Assembly (NCBI GenBank): GCA_964016885.1
Contig: OZ024743.1
Coordinates: 134,540,001-134,604,000 of the forward strand
Source of the DNA: Eledone cirrhosa
Taxonomy: Eukaryota
Length of the DNA: 64,000 nucleotides
Reading direction: 5' to 3'
Numbering within the stretch: the stretch's first letter is position 1; every line of letters begins with the position of its first letter. Of the stretch, positions 58,481-64,000 are shown one piece after another. Both the position numbers and the translations under genes were made by a program. Below the pieces are notes generated by a model, which saw only the letters and a list, made by a program, of their open reading frames with translations, was not told the DNA's origin and did not search any database.

Positions 58481-61400
58481 TTGGTGCTTGGTGCTAGGTG
58501 TTTGGTGCATGGTGCTTGGTGCTTGGTATTTGGTGCTTGGTGCTTGGTGTTTGGTGCTTGGGGCTTGGTGCTTGGTGTTTGGTGCTTGGTGTTTGGTGTT
58601 TCCTGGTTGGTGTTTGGTGTTTGCTGTTTGGTGTTTGGTGTTTGCTGTTTGGTATTTGCTATTTGGTGTTTTGTGTTTGCTGTTTGGTGTTTGGTGTTTA
58701 GTGTTTGCTATTTGGTGTTTGGTGTTTGGTGTTTGGTGCTCGGGGCTTGGTGTTTGCTCTTTGGTGCTTGGTGATTGGTTTTTGGTGTTTGGTGCTTGGT
58801 GCTTGGTGTTTGGTGCTTGGTGCTTGGTGTTTGGTGCTTGGTGCTTGGTGTTTGGTGTTTGGTGCTTGGTGTTTGCTGTTTGGTGATTGGTGCTTGGTGT
58901 TTGGTGCTTGGTGCTTGGTGTTTGGTGCTTGGTGGTTGGTGCTTGGTGTTTGGTGCTTGGTGCTTGGTGTTTGGTGTTTGGCGCTTGGTGCTTGGTGTTT
59001 GGTGCTTGGTGCTTGGTGTTTGGTGTTTGGTGCTTGGTGCTTGCTGTCTGGTATTTGGTGCTTGGTGCTTGGTGTTTGTTGATTGGTGTCTGGTACTTGG
59101 TGTTTGGTGCTCGGTGCTTGGTGCTTGGTGTTTCGTGCTTGGTGCTTGGTGTTTGGTCTTTGGCGCCTGGTGCTTGGTGTTTGGTGCTTGGTACTTGGTG
59201 TTCGGTGTTTGGTGTTTGGTGCTTGGTGCTTGGTGCTTGGTTTTTGGTGTTTGGTGCTTGGTGCTTGGTGTTTGGTGTTTGTTGATTGGTGCTTGGTGTT
59301 TGGTGCTTGGGATTTGGTGCTTCGTGCTTGGTGTTTGGTGTTTGGAGTTTGGTACTTGGTGCTTGGTGTTTGGTGTTCGGTGCTTGGTGCTTGGTGTTTG
59401 GTGTTTAGTGCTTGGTGCTTGGTTGTTGGTGTTTGGTGCTTGGTGCCTGGTGACTGGTGTTTGGTGCTTGGTGCTTGGTATTTGGGGCTTGGTCTTTGGT
59501 GCTTGGTGTTTGGTGCTTGGTGCTTGGTGCTTGGTGTTTGGTGCTTGGTGCTTGGTGCTAGGTGTTTGGTGTTTAGTGCTTGGTGCTTGGTGATTGGTGC
59601 TTGTTGCTTGGTGCTTGGTGTTTGGTGCTTGGTGCTTGGTGTTTGGTGTTTGGTGTTTGGTGCTTGCTGTTTGGTGTTTGCTGTTTGGTGTTTGCTGTTT
59701 GGTGTTTGCTGTTTCGTGTTTGCTGTTTGGTGTTTGGTGTTTGGTGTTTGCTGTTTGGTGTTTGGTGTTTGGTGTTTGGTGCTTGGCGCTTGTTGCTTGG
59801 TGTTTTGTGCTTGGTGCTTGGTACTTGGTGTTTGGTGTTTGCTGTTTATGTTTGCTGTTTGGCGTTTGCTGTTTGGTGTTTGCTGTTTGGTGTTTCCTGG
59901 TTGGTGTTTGGTGTTTGCTATTTGGTGTTTCGTGTTTGCTGTTTGGTGTTTGGTGTTTAGTGTTTGCTGTTTGGTGTTTGGTGTTTGGTGTTTGGTGCTT
60001 GGGGCTTGGTGTTTGCTCTTTGGTGCTTGGTGATTGGTTTTTGGTGTTTGGTGCTTGGTGCTTGGTGTATGGTGTTTGGTGCTTGGTGCTTGGTGCTTGG
60101 TGTTTGGTGTTTGGTGCTTGGTGCTTGGTGTTTGGTGCTTGGTGCTTGGTTCTGGGTGCATGGTGCTTGGTGTTTGGTGTTTGGTGCTTGGTGCTTCGTG
60201 GTTGGTGCTTCGGGCTTGGTGATTGGTGTTTGGTGCTTGGTGCTTGGTGCTTGGTGCTTGGTGCTTGGTGTTTGGTGCTTGGTGTTCGGTGCTTGGTGCT
60301 TGGTGCTAGGTGTTTGGTGTTTGGTGTTTGGCGCTTGGTGCTTGGTGTTTGGTGATTGATGCTTGGTGTTTGGTGTTTGGTGCTTGGTGTTTGGTGTTTG
60401 GTGCTTGGTGCTTGGTGTTTGGTGTTTGGTGCTTGGTGTTTGGTCCTTGGTGCTTGGTGCTTGGTTTTTGGTGCTTGGTGCTTGGTGCTTGGTGCTTGGT
60501 GTCTGGTGCTTGGTGCTTGGTGTTTGGTGTTTGGTGCTTTGTGCTTGGTGTTTGGTGTTTGGTGTTTGGTGTTTGGTGCTTGGTACTTGTTGTTTTATGT
60601 TTGGTGCTTGGTGCTTGGTGCTTGGTGTTTGGTGCTTGATGCTTGATGCTTGGTGCTTGGTGCTTGGTGTTTGGTGTTTAGTGCTTGGTGCTTGGTAGTT
60701 GGTGTGTGGTGCTTGGTGCTTGGTGTTTGGTGTTTGGTGCTTGGTGCTTGCTGTTTGGTGTTTGGTGCTTGGTGCTTGGTGTTTGGTGATTGGTGCTTGG
60801 TACTTGGTGTTTGGTGCTCGGTGCTTGGTGCTTGGTGTTTCGTGCTTGGTGCTTGGTGTTTGGTCTTTGGCGCTTGGTGCTTGGTGTTTGGTGCTTGGTA
60901 CTTGGTGTTCGGTGTTTGGCGTTTGCTGTTTGGTGCTTGGTGCTTGGTGCTTGGTTTTTGGTGTTTGGTGCTTGGTGCTTGGTGTTTGGTGTTTGGTGAT
61001 TGGTGCTTGGTGTTTGGTGCTTGGGATTTGGTGCTTGGTGCTTGGTGTTTGGTGTTTGGAGTTTGGTACTTGGTGCTTGGTGTTTGGTGTTTGGTGCTTG
61101 GTGCTTGGTGTTTGGTGTTTAGTGCTTGGTGCTTGGTTCTTGGTGTTTGGTGCTTGGTCCCTGGTGATTAGTGTTTGGTGCTTGGTGCTTGGTATTTGGG
61201 GCTTGGTCTTTGGTGCTTGGTGTTTGGTGCTTGGTGCTTGGTGCTTGGTGTTTGGTGCTTGGTGCTTGGTGCTAGGTGTTTGGTGTTTAGTGCTTGGTGC
61301 TTGGTGATTGGTGCTTGTTGCTTGGTGTTTGGTGTCTGGTTTTTGGTGATTGGTGTTTGCTGTTTGGTGTTTGGTGTTTGGTGTTTGGTGCTTGGCGCTT

Positions 61401-64000
61401 GGTGCTTGGGGTTTTGTGCTTGGTGCTTGGTGCTTGGTGTTTGGTGTTTGGTGTTTGTGTTTGCTGTTTGGCGTTTGCTGTTTGGTGTTTGCTGTTTGGT
61501 GTTTCCTGGTTGGTGTTTGGTGTTTGCTATTTGGTGTTTGGTGTTTGCTATTTGGTGTTTGGTGTTTAGTGTTTGCTTTTTGGTGTTTGGTGTTTGGTGT
61601 TTGTTGCTTGGGGCTTGGTGTTTGCTCTTTGGTGCTTGGTGATTGGTTTTTGGTGTTTGGTGCTTGGTGCTTGGTGTATGGTGTTTGGTGCTTGGTGCTT
61701 GGTGCTTGGTGCTTGGTGTTTGGGGTTTGGTGCTTGGTGCTTGGTGTTTGGTGTTTGGTGCTTGGTGCTTGGTTCTGGGTGCTTGGTGCTTGGTGTTTGG
61801 TGTTTGGTGCTTGGTGCTTGGTGTTTGGTGCTTGGGGCTTGGTGATTGGTGTTTGGTGCTTGGTGCTTGGTGCTTGGTGCTTGGTGCTTGGTGTTTGGTG
61901 CTTGGTGTTCGGTGCTTGGTGCTTGGTGCTAGGTGTTTGGTGTTTGGTGTTTGGCGCTTGGTGCTTGGTGTTTGGTGATTGGTGCTTGGTGTTTGGTGTT
62001 TGGTGCTTGGTGCTTGGTGTTTGGTGTTTGGTGCTTGGTGCTTGGTGCTTGGTGCTTGGTGTTTGGTGTTTGGTGCTTGGAGCTTGGGTTTGGTGTTTGG
62101 TGCTTGGTGCTTTGTTCTGGGTGCTTGGTGCTTGGTGTTTGGTGTATGGTGCTGGGTGCTTGGTGTTTGGTGCTTGGGGCTTGGTGATTGGTGTTTGGTG
62201 CTTGGTGCTTGGTGCTTGGTGCTTGGTGCTTGGTGTTTGGTGCTTGGTGTTTGGTGCTTGGTGCTTGGTGCTAGGTGTTTGGTGTTTGGTGTTTGGCGCT
62301 TGGTGCTTGGTGCTTGGTGTTTGGTGCTTGGTGTTTGGTGCTTGGTGTTTGGTGATTGGTCCTTGGTGTTTGGTGTTTGGTGCTTGGTGCTTGGTGTTTG
62401 GTGTTTGGTGCTTGGCGCTTGGTGTTTGGTGTTTGGTCCTTGGCGTTTGCTGTTTGGTGTTTGGTGTTTGGTGTTTGGTGTTTGGTACTTGGTGCTTGGT
62501 GTTTGGTGTTTGGTGCTTGGTGCTTGGTGTTTGGTGTTTGGTGCTTGGTACTTGGTGTTTGGTGCTCGGTGCTTGGTGCTTGGTGTTTCGTGCTTGGTGC
62601 TTGGTGTTTGGTCTTTGGCGCTTGGTGTTTGGTGTTTGGTGCTTGGTACTTGGTGTTTGGTGTTTGGCGTTTGGTGTTGGGTGCTTGGTGCTTGGTGCTT
62701 GGTTTTTGGAGTTTGGTGCTTGGTGCTTGGTGTTTGGTGTTTGGTGATTGGTGCTTGGTGTTTGGTGTTTAGTGCTTGGTGCTTGGTTCTTGGTGTTTGG
62801 TGCTCGGTGCTTGGTGCTTGGTGTTTGGTGCTTGGTCCTTGGTGCTTGGTGCTTGTGTTTGGTGTTTGGTGCTTGGTGCTTGGTGTTTGGTGCTTGGGGC
62901 TTGGTGATTGGTGTTTGGTGCTTGGTGATTGGTGCTTGGTGCTTGGTGCTAGGTGTTTGGTGTTTGGTGCTTGGCGCTTGGTGCTTGGTGTTTGGTGATT
63001 GGTGCTTGGTGTTTGGTGTTTGGTGCTTGGTGCTTGGTGTTTGGTGTTTGGTGCTTGGCGCTTGGTGTTTGGTGTTTGGTGCCTGGCGTTTGCTGTTTGG
63101 CGTTTGGGGTTTGGCATTTGCTGTTTGGCGTATGGGGTTTGGCGTTTGCTTTTTGGCGTTTGCTGTTTGGTGTTTGGTGCTTGGTGTTTGGTGTTTGGTG
63201 CTTGGTGCTTGGTGTTTGGTGTTTAGTGCTTGGTGCTTGGTTCTTGGTGTTTGGTGCTCGGTGCTTGGTGCTTGGTGTTTGGTGCTTGGTGCTTGGTTCT
63301 GGGTGCTTGGTCCTTGGTGTTTGGTGTTTGGTACTTGGTGCTTGGTGTTTGGTGTTTGGTGCTTGGTGCTTGGTGTTTGGTGTTTGGTGCTTGGCGCTTG
63401 GTGTTTGGCGTTTGGCGCTTGGCGTTTGCTGTTTGGCGTTTGGGGTTTGGCATTTACTGTTTGGCGTTTGGGGTTTGGCGTTTGCTTTTTGGCATTTGCT
63501 GTTTGGTGTTTGGTGTTTGGTGTTTGCTGTTTGGTGTTTGCTGTTTGGTGTTTGCTGTTTGGTGTTTGGTGTTTGGTGTTTGCTGGTTGGTGTTTGGTGT
63601 TTGGTGTTTGCTGTTTCGTGTTTGATGTTTGGTGCTTGGTGCTTGGTGCTTGGTGCTTGGTGTTTGGTGTTTAGTGCTTGGTGCTTGGTGTTTGGTGTTT
63701 GGTGCTTGGTGCTTGCTGTTTGGTGCTTGGGGCTTGGTGCTTGGTGTTTGGTGTTTGGTGCTTGGTGCTTGGTGTTTGGTGTTTGGTGCTTGGTGCTTGG
63801 TGTTTGGTGATTGGTGCTTGGTACTTGGTGTTTGGTGCTCGGTGCTTGGTGCTTGGTGTTTCGTGCTTGGTGCTTGGTGTTTGGTCTTTGGCGCTTGGTG
63901 CTTGGTGTTTGGTGCTTGGTACTTGGTGTTTGGTGTTTGGCGTTTGGTGTTTGGTGCTTGGTGCTTGCTGCTTGGTTTTTGGAGTTTGGTGCTTGGTGCT

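Larger units (their letters stand above)
1..64000 (+). repeat. Heptamer tandem satellite array, consensus (TTGGTGY)n, single orientation, running off both window ends
   Basis: Sequence parses into 7-bp units from position 2 (TTGGGGT TTGGCAT TTGCTGT...) to the end. TTGGTGC and TTGGTGT dominate, and I saw only a few tens of 6- or 8-bp units. All three + frames give the same 7-aa repeat (WCLV[LF]G[AV]), as expected for a 7-bp period. Confidence 0.99.

Noticed and set aside
1003-61650. Recurrent cassette with variable intervening sequence as a CRISPR-like array
   Set aside because: The intervening stretches are 0.5-3.5 kb of the same heptamer, not unique 25-45 bp spacers. There is no palindromic repeat, leader or cas gene.
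877-63453. Minus-strand mucin-like or adhesin-like ORFs (KHQAPST/KHQTPNT, up to 649 aa)
   Set aside because: They are reverse translations of the satellite with no signal peptide, anchor or non-repetitive terminus. Length changes come in multiples of 7 rather than 3, so there is no sign of reading-frame selection.
16-63810. Hundreds of + strand ORFs encoding W/C/L/V/G-rich membrane-like proteins
   Set aside because: The strand has almost no A, so stops are rare. Starts are mostly the TTG of the repeat unit and stops are the TTGGTGA, TTAGTGY and TAGGTGT variants. The same peptide appears in all three overlapping frames with no unique domain.
1-64000. Cyanobacterial STRR-type heptamer (STRR2 TTKGTCA) or Drosophila virilis heptamer satellite (AAACTAC family)
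   Set aside because: The consensus differs from both. STRR tracts are short and lie among genes, unlike a gene-free array of at least 64 kb. No taxonomic assignment is supportable.
1-64000. Direct telomerase product
   Set aside because: Variant patterns are copied over 1-10 kb, which a short RNA template cannot generate, and I saw no canonical TTAGGG or TTTAGGG run.
1-64000. Whole window as a sequencing or amplification artefact
   Set aside because: Nested, shared derived variants and graded divergence between copies indicate real evolutionary history. Only the copy numbers of the near-identical 1917, 1980, 2890 and 840 bp repeats need read validation.

Overview
The whole 64 kb window is one uninterrupted, head-to-tail heptamer satellite (about 9,100 units), consensus TTGGTGY (TTGGTGC and TTGGTGT mixed; reverse complement RCACCAA), with recurrent variants such as TTGCTGT, TTGGTGA, TTGGCGT, TTGGGGC and TTAGTGY. 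I see no unique sequence, orientation switch, transposon, RNA gene or CRISPR array. The ORFs in the track are artefacts of translating an A-poor 7-mer. The structure lies in the order of the variant units. They form two module types of roughly 1-2 kb (X and Y) that share a terminal cassette. These modules are amplified into nested higher-order repeats with offsets of about 133, 203, 840, 1.4-1.6 kb, 1917/1980, 2890, 3169/3183, 5003, 7137 bp and about 10 kb. Older-looking sequence lies towards both ends and more homogeneous layers lie in the middle and right half. This most resembles eukaryotic (peri)centromeric or subtelomeric heterochromatin, but organism and function cannot be determined from the sequence. 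I found no evidence of a protein-coding system. All coordinates and counts were parsed by eye or taken from ORF-track offsets.
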